Source: an uncultured virus (IMG/VR IMGVR_UViG_3300036761_004198)
Lineage: Duplodnaviria; Heunggongvirae; Uroviricota; Caudoviricetes
Virus record (IMG/VR): IMGVR_UViG_3300036761_004198
Strand: one strand, 5' to 3'
DNA length: 64,000 nucleotides
Below the pieces are notes generated by a model, which was given only the letters and a program-made list of their open reading frames with translations, was not told the DNA's origin and did no database searches. The position numbers were made by a program, and so were the translations under genes. This document shows positions 42,371 to 53,064 of this stretch, piece after piece. The first letter of the stretch is position 1. The number at the start of each line of letters is the position of its first letter.

Positions 42371-43228
42371 TCAATGCCTCCCCGCGACAGCGTCGAGCAC
42401 GCGCGTTCGACTTGCGATCCCGTCGACGATGCCCTGCGTCGAGATCGCCGTGCCCTCTAGCACGTGATCCTTGCGGGCGCGATCGAGGGCCGCGCACAGA
42501 TCCGCGTGCCCCAACGACTGATGCACCTCGTAGATCGCGTCATAATCGAGCGACTCGGCCTCGAATCCGACAAGCTTGCGCTGTACCAGCTCGGCAAGTT
42601 CGTCCTTCGTCAGGGGCTCGAACAGGATCATCTCGTCGAAACGCCGGAAGATCGCGCTGTCCAGCATCTGCACGTGGTTGGTCGCCGCAACGATCAGGCT
42701 GTCTGACTGATCGCCCTCGATGAACTGGAGGAGCGCGTTGACCACGCGCCGTGCCTCCCCGCCGTCCGACTCGCTGCCGATCGCCGCCCGATCGGCACCG
42801 ATCGAGTCGAACTCGTCGAACAAGTAGACCGCCGGCATCATGCGCACGTACTCGAAGACCTTGGCGAGCCTGTGCGCGGACTGACCGAACATCTGCGAGA
42901 AGACGCCATGGAGCTCCACACGGAACATCGGCAGCTTGATCGCGCGCGCGATCGCGCCCGCGGCCATGGTCTTACCCGTGCCAGGCAACCCCGAGAACAA
43001 GAGCTTTCGCGCCGGACGAAGCCCCCGTGCGAGCAGGACGTCGCGGCGCGACTGCTCCAGTACGACGCGAGAGAGGCATTTGCGGGTCTGTGGTGCGAGC
43101 ACCATGTCGTCGAGCCTCGCCAGATCTTGCGGTGCGGAGAGCAGCCCGAACCGCGCCAGGTGCGCGTTGATCTGCGCAGCGACGTCGTTCGCGTCCTCAC
43201 TCCTCGCTGGATCCCTCTTGGACGTCAC
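42371..43228 (-). CDS. AAA+ ATPase, paralogue of the adjacent gene with shortened N-terminus
   Basis: GLPGTGKT, YLFDEFD, AATNH, FRRFD; shared C-terminus LGHAD.CAALDRARKDHVL. Confidence 0.88.
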   Translation of the reverse strand: MTSKRDPARSEDANDVAAQINAHLARFGLLSAPQDLARLDDMVLAPQTRKCLSRVVLEQSRRDVLLARGLRPARKLLFSGLPGTGKTMAAGAIARAIKLPMFRVELHGVFSQMFGQSAHRLAKVFEYVRMMPAVYLFDEFDSIGADRAAIGSESDGGEARRVVNALLQFIEGDQSDSLIVAATNHVQMLDSAIFRRFDEMILFEPLTKDELAELVQRKLVGFEAESLDYDAIYEVHQSLGHADLCAALDRARKDHVLEGTAISTQGIVDGIASRTRVLDAVAGRH

Positions 43229-44901
43229 TGGCAACCCCTTCCCGCGAGCATCAGGAGGACGACGACGACGACGATGAGCTGCGCGACGAGGAACCACGCG
43301 AACAGCCTCTGCCAGATCGACAGGGGATTAGCCTCCCGATCACGCGGGAGCGTGACGTCCTCGTCGCCCGCCAGGAGGCCCGTGACGTGCTGGTCGTGAC
43401 ACGCCGGGCAGCGGAGGCGCTCGCCGATGATCGTCGTCCCGCAATCCACGCACGACGAAACCTTCATGGCTGGCGACGGTGCCGTCACGACGGCCTCCCC
43501 CGCAGCGGTGCCGGCCGAACGAGCATCGCGATCTCCGTCGCGAGATGCGTGTAGTGATTGCGGAGAAAGTCCACCGTCACCGTCCCCGCGCCGCGGCACT
43601 GGCAACCGACGGCACAGCACGTGAGCCGCTCCCAGGGACAAGGCACACGATCGCCGACCGCGCGACCCCTCAGTAGCTCCAGGCGCGACAACGCCGACCG
43701 GTGGATCGCATCGAGCAGCGCCCCCCACACTTCGGTGGGTGCCCGCTCAAGGCGATCGTTTGCCGACTCCATAAGGCGGGGGGCGCCCGTGGGGATGCGG
43801 AGGCGGGGCCGACGATCGCGGCCGACACGGCGCGACTTCGGCTTCAGATCGCTCGCAGGAAACAGGGTCACTTGAGGATCCTCCTCGCCGCATCGATGAA
43901 GCGACGCAGCTCGGCCGGCGAGAGCCACGCGCCGATCGGCGCGGCGTCGACCCCCGCCGCGATCGCGACGAACGCCGGGGCGCGGCGGCCGAAGCCTTGA
44001 ATCACGACGCGGCGCCCCCCAAGAGCGCGCAGCGTGCGCCGCGTGGAGGGGCGAACCTTCGCGGAAGTATCCTTCATGGAACCTCCGCGCGGCAGTCCGG
44101 ATCACCCGCGCAGCAGGCGTCGTGCGCGTCGCAGTAGCTCGGGTTGATACACAGCGCGTCGTACACCCGGCACCGTTTGACCTCCGTCAGCTTGGTCAGC
44201 CGATCGCGAAAGACCTCGGCGAGCGCCGCGTGCTTGTCGGCCATGCGCGCCAAGCAGGCCGGGCAGTCGATGTCGCCGAGCTGGTAGATCTCGACGTCCT
44301 TCTGCGCATCGACGATCGCCGCATAGTGCGACTGCTGGCAGAGCTTCCCTTCGCTGCTACGATAAACATGCTTCGCACTCACGCCGCCGCCTCCATCTCG
44401 CAGTAGCGGTGGATCGCGTAGAACGAATGGATCTTCAGCTCTCGCATGAAGCCCAAGACCGAGCGGCGACGCTTCTGGCGAAACCAGCCGGGGCGGTTAC
44501 GATCTTCCTGGTCCCACATCATGCGACGGGCGTCAGCGAAGCTCATGCCGAGCCGGTGCTCCTCGTACGTGCATCCGCACGCGCACGTTGACGGCGTCCT
44601 GTGGCTAGCCACGGGATCCCTCCTTGGGGTCGCTGCCGTTCAAGCCCTCGAACGCCAGGCCCGCGAAGCTCGCGCGGAACGCCGGAGCGTTGACGATCGT
44701 GATCTTCAGGCGGTACGTCGAGTGACGAGGCATCGCGTCGTTCTCGGCGCACACCAGCACCTCGGTCCCGTTGTGCGGCAGGAGGCCCTTGCGAAACTGC
44801 CGCTCGGCCCACGCGCGACCGGCATCAAGCATCGACGTGCAGGAAACCTTCTCCAGGCACTCCGGCGGCATCGGAGACCACACGATCCACGTCGGCGTCA
44901 T
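43225..44901 (-). other. chain of small hypothetical CDS, several Cys-rich
   Basis: Overlapping minus-strand ORFs (e.g. 43868-44077, 44074-44382, 44379-44612). Confidence 0.6.
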
Positions 44902-45800
44902 AGCAGCACCTCCTGTGCAGACGACGCGGACGCCGCTTCCTGCTCCGACACCGACACAGGCGCTCGCGACGCGTCCTCCGACACCTTCGCGGCCGGCCGC
45001 GGGTAGTAGATCGAGATCCACTCGTCGAACTTGCGGCGGCGCTCCAGCGACACCTGGCAGATCTTTTTCACGTGCGGCGGGAAGTCCTTGGCGAGAACCC
45101 ACTTGAGAAATCCCGCGTCCGCGTGCCCCACCTGCTGCCCCTTGTACTTGCCGAAGCCAAACACGACCGCGCCGCTCTCGTCCCACTGAATGTGGTGCGA
45201 GGGTCCGAGCCACGTCACACGCTTGGCGAACGGGTCGGAGATAGCCGCGATCTCGGGCCACGGCTTGTCCGCGAAGCCAAACGCGGTCAGCATCGACGCG
45301 AGCACGCGCGCGGTCGCGGCGACGTCCGCCTCGGCCTGGTGCGCGTTGACCAACGGCACGCCACAGAACTTCGCGTGCGCCGCGACGAGGGTCCTCGGCT
45401 CGACGTGGTGCCAGAGCCTCAGCACGTCGACGATCTGCTTGCCGGTCAGATCGAGCGGCGGAATCTTGGCGCGCGACAGCTCGCCCTGGATCATGTCCAG
45501 ATCGAAGGCGACATTGTAGCCAACGACCACGTCTGCCGCCACGATCAGCGGAAGAAACTCGGCGACGACGGCAGCGAACAGCGGACACGTCGCGAGGTCT
45601 TCCATCGTGATGCCGTGCACGGAGGTCGCCTCGGGATGAATCGGGACCTCGGGTCGAATGCGCCACGTGCGTGCCTCCGCGTCCGGCCCGATGCCGAAGC
45701 GGATGCACATCTCGATGATCTGATCGGTCGCGCGCTCTTTGCCGGTCGTCTCGACGTCCAGCACCACAACCTTCACGTGTTTTCCTTCCGCGTCGCTCAC
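44898..45800 (-). CDS. DEDDh 3'-5' exonuclease (DnaQ/ExoX-like)
   Basis: LDVETTG, VHGIT, GYNVAFD, AHQAEADV; C-terminal FGKYKG. Confidence 0.9.
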   Translation of the reverse strand: MSDAEGKHVKVVVLDVETTGKERATDQIIEMCIRFGIGPDAEARTWRIRPEVPIHPEATSVHGITMEDLATCPLFAAVVAEFLPLIVAADVVVGYNVAFDLDMIQGELSRAKIPPLDLTGKQIVDVLRLWHHVEPRTLVAAHAKFCGVPLVNAHQAEADVAATARVLASMLTAFGFADKPWPEIAAISDPFAKRVTWLGPSHHIQWDESGAVVFGFGKYKGQQVGHADAGFLKWVLAKDFPPHVKKICQVSLERRRKFDEWISIYYPRPAAKVSEDASRAPVSVSEQEAASASSAQEVLL

Positions 45801-45999
45801 GACGACGCCTCCTCCGTCGCCCGCGGATCGTTCACCCAACGCGCGGATGACCCGCAGCGCGCGCAGTATGCGCGCCCCGTGTCCCAGAGGTGCGGTTCCC
45901 AGACGTGGTCACAGCCCATCGGATCGGAGTGGAAAAGAAGGCCCGGGCGCACGCGCAGCTCGACGTCTTCGACGACCATCGTAGGGATCACGGTTGCTG

Positions 46000-46611
46000 T
46001 CATTGGGCGATCTCCAGCATTGGCAACGACGGTTGAACGGGACCCAGGGCTGCTTCACGCGCAATGTCGTAGAGCGCATCCCACGACGCGATCGAGTGCG
46101 CCCCGACAGGAACAGCCTCGGATGTGTTGTGCGGCGTGCGCCAGAACACCGCGGTGCGATCCGACCACGTCGACAGCCAGTCGCGCACGTGCGAGGACTT
46201 GTCGTCGACGAAGACGTCGGCCTCGTAGCCGCGCTTGTCATCGTCGTGGTGAACGACGTCGATCCCGAAATGGAGAGCGAGCCACGAGTCGCGCTCGGCG
46301 CGCCACCAGGGATTGGACTCCCACGGGTGCGTCACACAGAACACCTCTCCCAGCTCGCGCAGGCGACGCACACCTTGACGGGCCTCCGGGTACGGCGGCA
46401 GCGACATCGCGAATCCCCGCCGCGCGCCGATCGCCTTCTTGACCGCAACGCCTTCGGCTACCGTGAGCCCGAGCGCCTTGGTGAAGTCGAACACGGTGAC
46501 GTCAGCGGGCTCGAAGCGCTTGCCGGTCACCTCCTCGACGAGGACGAGCACGCCGGCCGTGAAGTTCGCGAGCACGCCGTCACAGTCCAGGGCAATCTTG
46601 AGCTTCTTCAT
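46000..46611 (-). CDS. HAD-family 5'(3')-deoxyribonucleotidase (NT5C-like)
   Basis: LDCDGVLANF, PYPEA, DVFVDDK, PHN. Confidence 0.8.
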   Translation of the reverse strand: MKKLKIALDCDGVLANFTAGVLVLVEEVTGKRFEPADVTVFDFTKALGLTVAEGVAVKKAIGARRGFAMSLPPYPEARQGVRRLRELGEVFCVTHPWESNPWWRAERDSWLALHFGIDVVHHDDDKRGYEADVFVDDKSSHVRDWLSTWSDRTAVFWRTPHNTSEAVPVGAHSIASWDALYDIAREAALGPVQPSLPMLEIAQ

Positions 46612-46850
46612 AGCGCGTCCTCCGCCGTCGGCTCCGACGCGAGCTGGTATGTCGCCGGTCCGACACGCGTCAACCTCTTCATCTGGACCAGCTCGGTGAT
46701 CCGCGCGCCCAGCGTGCTACGCGGCATCACGCTCTTGTGCGGGAAGCCGGCCGCCTCCACGCGCTGCCAGATCTGCTCGACGCTGAGTGGACCTTGCGCC
46801 ACGTGCAGCTGCTCGCAGATCGCCGCGTGCCAAGCGTTCGGCTTCCTCAC
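46608..46850 (-). CDS. small winged-HTH (HARE-HTH-like) protein
   Basis: PLSVEQIWQ...PRSTLGARI...RVGPATYQL. Confidence 0.6.
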   Translation of the reverse strand: MRKPNAWHAAICEQLHVAQGPLSVEQIWQRVEAAGFPHKSVMPRSTLGARITELVQMKRLTRVGPATYQLASEPTAEDAL

Positions 46851-47308
46851 GACGCGCGCTCCTCGATCAGAGCGCGGAGCTTCACGACCGTGCGGACGTG
46901 GTCCCACAGCATTGCCTGCACGTGGACGAGCCGCGAGCTGGCAGGAGCGCGGACGTCGATCGGGACGTCGATCGAAGCGTCGTGAGCCTCCAGCTCCGCC
47001 GCGAGGAACCCGACGAAGTCGAGTGCCTTCTCATAGGCGCGCTCCAGGTAGCCGCGACCTTCTCGCGTCGGGCAGTCCTCGGAGTGGTAGCCGTCCGAGC
47101 GGACGTGCGCCGGACAGCACCGGCCCTCGAAGAGGGGACGATCGCGACGCGGCTCTCCGACACGTGTCGTCGCCCGCGAGCGCATGTCGCCGATCACGTC
47201 GGCGACACGGGCGGCAGGACCGAGCACGGCACCTCGCTGCTCGACGTGATCGACCACGAGGTCCCAGATGGGCCTCCGCGACTGCTGATCGACGATCGTC
47301 GACGTCAC
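46847..47308 (-). CDS. hypothetical protein, possibly a degenerate all-alpha nucleotide pyrophosphatase-like fold
   Basis: DMRSR...G...GRGYLERAYEKALDFV; weak recalled resemblance only. Confidence 0.35.
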   Translation of the reverse strand: MTSTIVDQQSRRPIWDLVVDHVEQRGAVLGPAARVADVIGDMRSRATTRVGEPRRDRPLFEGRCCPAHVRSDGYHSEDCPTREGRGYLERAYEKALDFVGFLAAELEAHDASIDVPIDVRAPASSRLVHVQAMLWDHVRTVVKLRALIEERAS

Positions 47309-47736
47309 GCCGCCGCCGCCCTCGCGGTCACGTTGCGAAACGCCTCGGTGACCTGCTCGCGAAACGCGGTCGTACGCGTCTCGCTGAACGTCTCGTAGGT
47401 GAGGAGCGACGGCATCGGCGACCGCGTGAGATCAATTCGCGGTCGGCCGAGCCGGCCGAATAGCTCCCACTCGCTGACCGTGCCGCGAGAGAACTCGCCG
47501 CCGCACGCGACCGCCCCGTGACAGCTCTCGGCGCAGACGAGCGCGTCGCGCAGGCCCCGTTCCCGATCGACCATCGCCTCGGCGTAGGGCAGCCACGGAG
47601 CGGAGATGGCAACGTCGGGCAGAAGGTCGACCAACGCGCGCAGCCAAAGCTTGGCCGAGAGCACGTTCATGGACCGCGTCGCGCCGACGCCCACGGGATG
47701 AAGCAAGAAGACCACCGGAAGTGTCGCGGCGATCAC
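47305..47736 (-). CDS. nucleoside deoxyribosyltransferase-like (DUF4406-type) protein
   Basis: FLLHPV...N...APWLPY...C.GAV.CGGEFSRG...E. Confidence 0.55.
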   Translation of the reverse strand: MIAATLPVVFLLHPVGVGATRSMNVLSAKLWLRALVDLLPDVAISAPWLPYAEAMVDRERGLRDALVCAESCHGAVACGGEFSRGTVSEWELFGRLGRPRIDLTRSPMPSLLTYETFSETRTTAFREQVTEAFRNVTARAAAA

Positions 47737-48011
47737 GGGGCGACCCCGCCTTCCGCCCAGCGGATCTTCTCCTGGCGGCGGGACGCTTCGATTTCGGTCC
47801 GCTCCAGCTCCATGAGGCTCGCGCACTCGAACGCCTCGCGGATCTGCTCGTCCAGCGGCGTATTCTTGCCCAAGCGGATCCGCTCGGCGATCCAGGCCCG
47901 GATCGCGACCGGTGCCGCCGGATCGCGAGCAAGCAGGACGAATAGCCGCTCTCCGTCCTGGGCCTTGTTGAAGCAGGACTCGGTGTCTTCGATCTCGTCG
48001 CGCTTGATCAT
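47733..48011 (-). CDS. hypothetical phage protein
   Basis: CFNKAQDGERLFVLLARD; AGGAAG RBS. Confidence 0.7.
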   Translation of the reverse strand: MIKRDEIEDTESCFNKAQDGERLFVLLARDPAAPVAIRAWIAERIRLGKNTPLDEQIREAFECASLMELERTEIEASRRQEKIRWAEGGVAP

Positions 48012-48077
48012 GTCTTTTCTTCCTTCTTGAAGGCCCTGACGGGCCTGAACGTTCGTCTTCGTGTTCCTTGCAGTTCT

Positions 48078-50099
48078 TCAGGCCGCCGCCGCCATCGAGA
48101 GAGTGGTGTGCTTGCTCGCCACCGTGAACAACTTGACCAGCTCGCCGTAGTTGTTTCCCGCCTCGATATCGCAGCGGAACGGCACGCGAATCACGACGGC
48201 GTTGCACGTGATCTCGCCCATGCGGCGTGCCTCGTCCTCGTCGTTCCCCGAGTAGCCGAATTCGTCGTGGACCGTGAGCTGAAGCGGAAAGCCTGCGTCG
48301 TCCAGCTCGACGAGCGCCTTCTTCGTCTGGTGCGCGCCGCTTCCCTGAATGAGCTTGTTCAGCGCCTTGTGCTCGTCACGGATCTCGCCGTTCTCGTCCA
48401 GCTCGAAGCGCACGCGGCGGTTGCCGAGCGCGATGATGTACTTCTTGAACTTCGCGCTCTTGGTGCACATCCGCGCGAGCGCCTTGACGTACGGGACGCC
48501 GCGATCGAAGCGATCGATCTTGCCCTGCGCCTCGGGCCCCGCCGCCTCGTAGGTGAACCCGGTGCGATCGTTCGTCTTCCACACCGTCGGCAGCTTGAGC
48601 TTCTTGGCGAGCTTGCCGCCGCCCATGCCGTAGCAGCGACCGAGGTAGACCTCCTTGAGGTCATCGCGGAGCTGCTTGAGGTCCGTGTCCGTGGGCGTCT
48701 TGCACAGCTCGACCATGAGCTGGTACGGGTCGAAGCACGGGTCATCGCGGAACGCGTTCCCCGCCTGCATCGATCCCGGCAGCTTGCACAGCTCCGCGAA
48801 GTGGACGGTCAGGCGCGGCTCCTGTTGTCCGAGATCCGCCTTGAACCAGCGCTTCCCCTCGTCGGGAATGATCACCTTGCGCCAGCGCTTCTGGATCTCC
48901 TTGGAGCGCTTCATCTGTGCTTGGATGTTCGGGTGCTTCGAGGCGCAACGCCCGAACCGCGCGCCGCTCGAGTCACCGTCCTCCTCACCGTTGTCCTCGT
49001 CCTCGTCGGAAGCGCCGACGAGCTGCTTGAACGTCGGGTGGAGCCGATCCTTCACGAGGTGCTTGCGAAAACCTCCGACGTAGGTGCCGAGGAGCTTCGC
49101 GAACTCGCGGCCTACGATCACGGCCTTCGAGACTTCGTCCGTCTGCTGCTGGAGCCACAGCTTGACGACCGAGAACATCTGCTTGCCCGTGCCGCCGTGC
49201 ACCTTCGTCGGCACGTCGACGCCGTGCTTCTTCAATGCACGGCCGACCTCGTCAGCGTTGCTGATCGATCCGATACGGATTCCCGTCAGCTCATGAATTC
49301 GATCGAGATACTCGCGTAGACGACCCTTCGCCCACGCCTCGACGCGATCCAACTCGTCGAGGTCGACACGAATCCCTCGACGTGTCATGCGCACGAGCGC
49401 CGGGGTCACCCTCGATTCGAGGTCGTACGTCTCGCGCAGGTTCTGCTCCTCGATCTCCTTCTCCTGCACGCGTAGAAGCGGCAGCGGTGCGAGCACGTCA
49501 CCGATCGCGTAATTTCCGACCGCCCCGGCGTGCAGGCGCCAGAGGCCCGACTTCGGATCGATACCCCACGCCTTGGCGTGCTCACGGAGCTTGCTCTCGT
49601 CTTTGCCAACAAGGCCGCGCCGCGCGCAGATCGCGTCGAGCCCGTACTTCTTCTGGAGCTCGTCGAGTAGCGGCTCGGCGACCTGCACGTCGCGGTGGAA
49701 GAGAACGTTGGTGAACTCGACCTTGTTCTCCCACAGGTAGTCGAGGTCGTAGGGCGCGGAGTTGAACACTGCCTCGCCGCCGAACGACTTCGCCTGGTCG
49801 TGGAGGTACGACCAGACGTGCTCGGCCGACAGGTTGCCGCCACCCTCGTGCCGGATCGGCAGATAGTGTGCTGGACCATCCTCGATCGCGAACGCGACGC
49901 CGCACACGTAGCCGCCGCGGCGGACGCCGGGCCCCAGCTCGTAGATATGATCGTCTCGACACTCGACGTCGATGCAGATCCGCTTGGCATCAGTCCAAGC
50001 AGGCAGCTGCGAGACGGGCGTCGCCTTCCACGTCAGCTCTGGCTCCCAGAGCGGCGCTTGAAGCCACCCGGAAGCCTTCTGGGCCTTCGTGGCGCTCAC
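48078..50099 (-). CDS. family A DNA polymerase with 3'-5' exonuclease domain
   Basis: IDVE (ExoI), FNSAPYD (ExoII), YAIGD (ExoIII), KADLGQQEPR (A), K...LG..YGMG (B), LTVHDE (C). Confidence 0.93.
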   Translation of the reverse strand: MSATKAQKASGWLQAPLWEPELTWKATPVSQLPAWTDAKRICIDVECRDDHIYELGPGVRRGGYVCGVAFAIEDGPAHYLPIRHEGGGNLSAEHVWSYLHDQAKSFGGEAVFNSAPYDLDYLWENKVEFTNVLFHRDVQVAEPLLDELQKKYGLDAICARRGLVGKDESKLREHAKAWGIDPKSGLWRLHAGAVGNYAIGDVLAPLPLLRVQEKEIEEQNLRETYDLESRVTPALVRMTRRGIRVDLDELDRVEAWAKGRLREYLDRIHELTGIRIGSISNADEVGRALKKHGVDVPTKVHGGTGKQMFSVVKLWLQQQTDEVSKAVIVGREFAKLLGTYVGGFRKHLVKDRLHPTFKQLVGASDEDEDNGEEDGDSSGARFGRCASKHPNIQAQMKRSKEIQKRWRKVIIPDEGKRWFKADLGQQEPRLTVHFAELCKLPGSMQAGNAFRDDPCFDPYQLMVELCKTPTDTDLKQLRDDLKEVYLGRCYGMGGGKLAKKLKLPTVWKTNDRTGFTYEAAGPEAQGKIDRFDRGVPYVKALARMCTKSAKFKKYIIALGNRRVRFELDENGEIRDEHKALNKLIQGSGAHQTKKALVELDDAGFPLQLTVHDEFGYSGNDEDEARRMGEITCNAVVIRVPFRCDIEAGNNYGELVKLFTVASKHTTLSMAAAA

Positions 50100-50285
50100 G
50101 CTACGCCTCGCCTCCGAGGTCGATCCACGCGGCGTAGATCTCGCGCTCACGGCGATACAGCTCGCTTTGCAGCAGAGCGCGGATTCGCGCGGCGACCCGG
50201 CGGAGCGCGGGCTGCCCGTCGTACGTCGTGAGGACGGCGCGGATAGCCCGCGCGGTCTCCGCGCCGCTGCTCTGCTGCTGAGACG

Positions 50286-50834
50286 TCACGCCGCGGCCTC
50301 CTCGGCGTCGATGGAACCCCACGACACCGCGGGTGCCACTTCGCGCAGGATCTGCCGGGCGCGATCACGCGCCTTGGGATTCCAGAGCGCCGCGTTCCGG
50401 CCGCTTGGGTGCGGTAGTGACACGAGCGTCAGGCCCGGGCAGCACCCCCGCGTCGAGAACGGCACGATGTCCTCTTCGATCATCGCGGCGCGGCGCATCG
50501 CCTCGGTGACCTTGCGACCGAGCATGACGATCACGGGGTGCGGAGAGAGCGGTACGAGCAGCTCGCTCGCGCGTGCTCGCGCACGCGGTGTGGACCACGT
50601 CCCGTCGCAAAGGTTCGCGCGGTGCAGACCGAGGTACTGGTGCTGCGGCAGCCCGAGGATCCTGCGCAGGCGGTAACCAGCGCAGCCGACCGGGTAGCAG
50701 TAGAGCGAGAACGACGGATCTGATCCGTACGGATTGTCTTCGCCGAGTAGAAGCACAGACGGTGGAACGTCTTCGCCGATAAGGGGCTCGCGCGAGACCC
50801 ACTCGACCGTGGCGTCCTTGATCAGCTGCTCCAT
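50286..50834 (-). CDS. uracil-DNA glycosylase superfamily protein
   Basis: LLLGEDNP, AGYRL, VIVMLGRKV, SLPHPSGRN. Confidence 0.7.
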   Translation of the reverse strand: MEQLIKDATVEWVSREPLIGEDVPPSVLLLGEDNPYGSDPSFSLYCYPVGCAGYRLRRILGLPQHQYLGLHRANLCDGTWSTPRARARASELLVPLSPHPVIVMLGRKVTEAMRRAAMIEEDIVPFSTRGCCPGLTLVSLPHPSGRNAALWNPKARDRARQILREVAPAVSWGSIDAEEAAA

Positions 50835-51099
50835 CACGACTTCCCTCCGTCCCACGAGTCGATCGCGCCGACGATCGCCTGCATCGCCGTGCTCGCGTCG
50901 ATCTCATTGGATCGCCACTTGCCGACGACCGCGAGCACCGCGCCCGCAGCCTCCAAGAGACGGCGGTGCGAGATCGTTCGTGCTTCGATCTCTGCGGCAA
51001 GCCTGGCGGCCAGATCCACGGGCAACTGCATCAGCGCCTCACGACTCGCGGTCGCTTGCTGCACCGCGATCTTGAGACCTGCAACGTCAGCGTCTGTCA

Positions 51100-52332
51100 T
51101 CACACGACCACCGTCAGCGTCTTCGCCGCGCGCGTGATGGCGGTGTAGAGGTGCTTGGGCGCGTCCTTGCCGAACTGGCGGGACTCGTCGAAGATCAGGA
51201 CGTCGTCGTACTGGGAGCCCTGCGCCGAGTGAGCAGTGATCGCCCACCCGTACGAAAACTCGTCGTGCTCTCGTCGATTGTGCCCGAGCAGCTCCTCCTC
51301 CCGCGCCATGAAGTGGTGCAGCCACGTCGAGCACTCGACGTGCTCGCGATCGTCCTCCGCGGAGCGGACCTCGATCTTGGCCGTCATCTTGTCCAGATCG
51401 GGCACGCAGTGATCGACCTTCCACGACGAGCCGTTGAGCAGGCCCAGCTCGTGGTTGTTGCGGCGACAGATCACGCGATCTCCCGGGACTGGCGAGGGCG
51501 ACTCGCTGCGGCCGAGCAATCGCCGGATCTTCGTGTTCGACGCGTGACGCGTCCGGTTGCGGCCGACGATGATCATCTCGGCGTTGAGGGCGCGCTCTTC
51601 CAGCGACGGATCACCGTACCGGCGCACGTCGACGCCCTCGCCGGTGGGGCCGACCGGTAGCCGCTCGCCGCGACGTGCGAGGTCGGCGAGCCGCAAGATC
51701 GGGCTGTCGAGCGCCTGGCGGTGGATCTCGTCGATGTAGGCGTCCGGCTCGCGACCCGTGAAGTAGCCCGTGCCGTAGACCGGCGGCAACTGGTTCGGGT
51801 CGCCGATCACGAGGAGCTTGGTGCCGTACGATTCCAGATCCTGGCCAACGTAGCGATCGACCATCGAGCACTCGTCGATGACGCCGACCGCTGCGCTCTT
51901 GAGATCACTCTCGAGGTTGAGCGAGAACCGCGGTCCCTTACGTTTGGACTCGTCCTCGGTGCGCTGGAGCTGCTCGACGAGCTTGTCGGCCGTCGCCTTG
52001 GCACCCGGCTCGTTCACCGCGTAAAGGCGCTTGATCTCCTCACGCAGCTTCTCGATCACTTCCGGCGACGGCGGATCACCCGCCGGCCGGTAGATCATCT
52101 GGTGGATCGTGCGGGCGGCGTTGCAGCCCTTGCGGCGCATGACGAGGGCCGCCTTGCCGGTTGGAGCGCCATATACGACGCGACCACGGACGTCGGCGAC
52201 CGCGTACTTGGTGATCGTGCTCTTGCCGCTCCCCGCGGGGCCCGCGAGATAGAACGTCTGCTTACCGTTCGGATCGGCAAGCCACGCCGCGATCGCGTCG
52301 AGGGCCTTGGATTGTGTAGGAGAGAACTTCAC
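51100..52332 (-). CDS. SF1B Dda/RecD-like helicase
   Basis: GPAGSGKS, APTGKAA, IDECSMV, IGDPNQLPPV, EIHRQ, AITAHSAQGSQY, LYTAITRA. Confidence 0.92.
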   Translation of the reverse strand: MKFSPTQSKALDAIAAWLADPNGKQTFYLAGPAGSGKSTITKYAVADVRGRVVYGAPTGKAALVMRRKGCNAARTIHQMIYRPAGDPPSPEVIEKLREEIKRLYAVNEPGAKATADKLVEQLQRTEDESKRKGPRFSLNLESDLKSAAVGVIDECSMVDRYVGQDLESYGTKLLVIGDPNQLPPVYGTGYFTGREPDAYIDEIHRQALDSPILRLADLARRGERLPVGPTGEGVDVRRYGDPSLEERALNAEMIIVGRNRTRHASNTKIRRLLGRSESPSPVPGDRVICRRNNHELGLLNGSSWKVDHCVPDLDKMTAKIEVRSAEDDREHVECSTWLHHFMAREEELLGHNRREHDEFSYGWAITAHSAQGSQYDDVLIFDESRQFGKDAPKHLYTAITRAAKTLTVVV

Positions 52333-52740
52333 GCCACTCCCTCCTCGGGCGCTGAGGCGATCCGCTCGGCGTGCACGCCCTCGATCGGAGTCCCGATTGT
52401 CCCGACGCCAAGGAACGGCACCGTTGAAACACAGGACTTGCCGATCCGCGCTCCGCAAGCTGGACACACAACGCCGGCCGCGGCGGGAAGACGCAAAGAG
52501 TGAACGGCGTCGCGTCCGCCTCCGCGCGCCCGCGGAGAATCGGCAGCTGACATCTTCGCTTGTTCGGGCGAAAACTTCACGAGCACCTCAAGACAGGACT
52601 GAGGGCAACAGGAAAAGAAGAGGACCTCACCGTCGACCTGTCACGACGGCAAGGCCCGCACGGCGGTATCGATCTCCTTTTCGCTACGCCGCCCTAGGGG
52701 CGGTATCGACGCCTTTGGAGATCTACGCCACCAAAACGAA

Positions 52741-52953
52741 CTACGCCGCGAGCTTCGCGACCTCGTCGGCGGGCAAGCCCGCCTCGACGAGCTTCTTCTT
52801 GAGACGGTCGATCACTTCGTTGCGATCGCGGAGCTTGGCCTCGAGCACCTCGCGCGCGGCGTGGTGCTCCTTCTTCATCAGGTCATAGCCGGGAGAGCGC
52901 TGGAAGCGCTTGAGCTGCTTACGAGTGGCGGGATCGTACTTGGACGTATTCAC
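52741..52953 (-). CDS. small hypothetical protein
   Basis: AAGGA RBS; coiled-coil-like. Confidence 0.6.
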   Translation of the reverse strand: MNTSKYDPATRKQLKRFQRSPGYDLMKKEHHAAREVLEAKLRDRNEVIDRLKKKLVEAGLPADEVAKLAA

Positions 52954-53064
52954 GGGTCCGTTCCTTTTGCTCGATCGTCCTGCGATCGAGCGTCTCTATG
53001 TTTCAGGTGCCCGCACGATGGTCGATGCGGGAGGAGGGAGCAACTTTTTTGCTCGGGACGAGGC

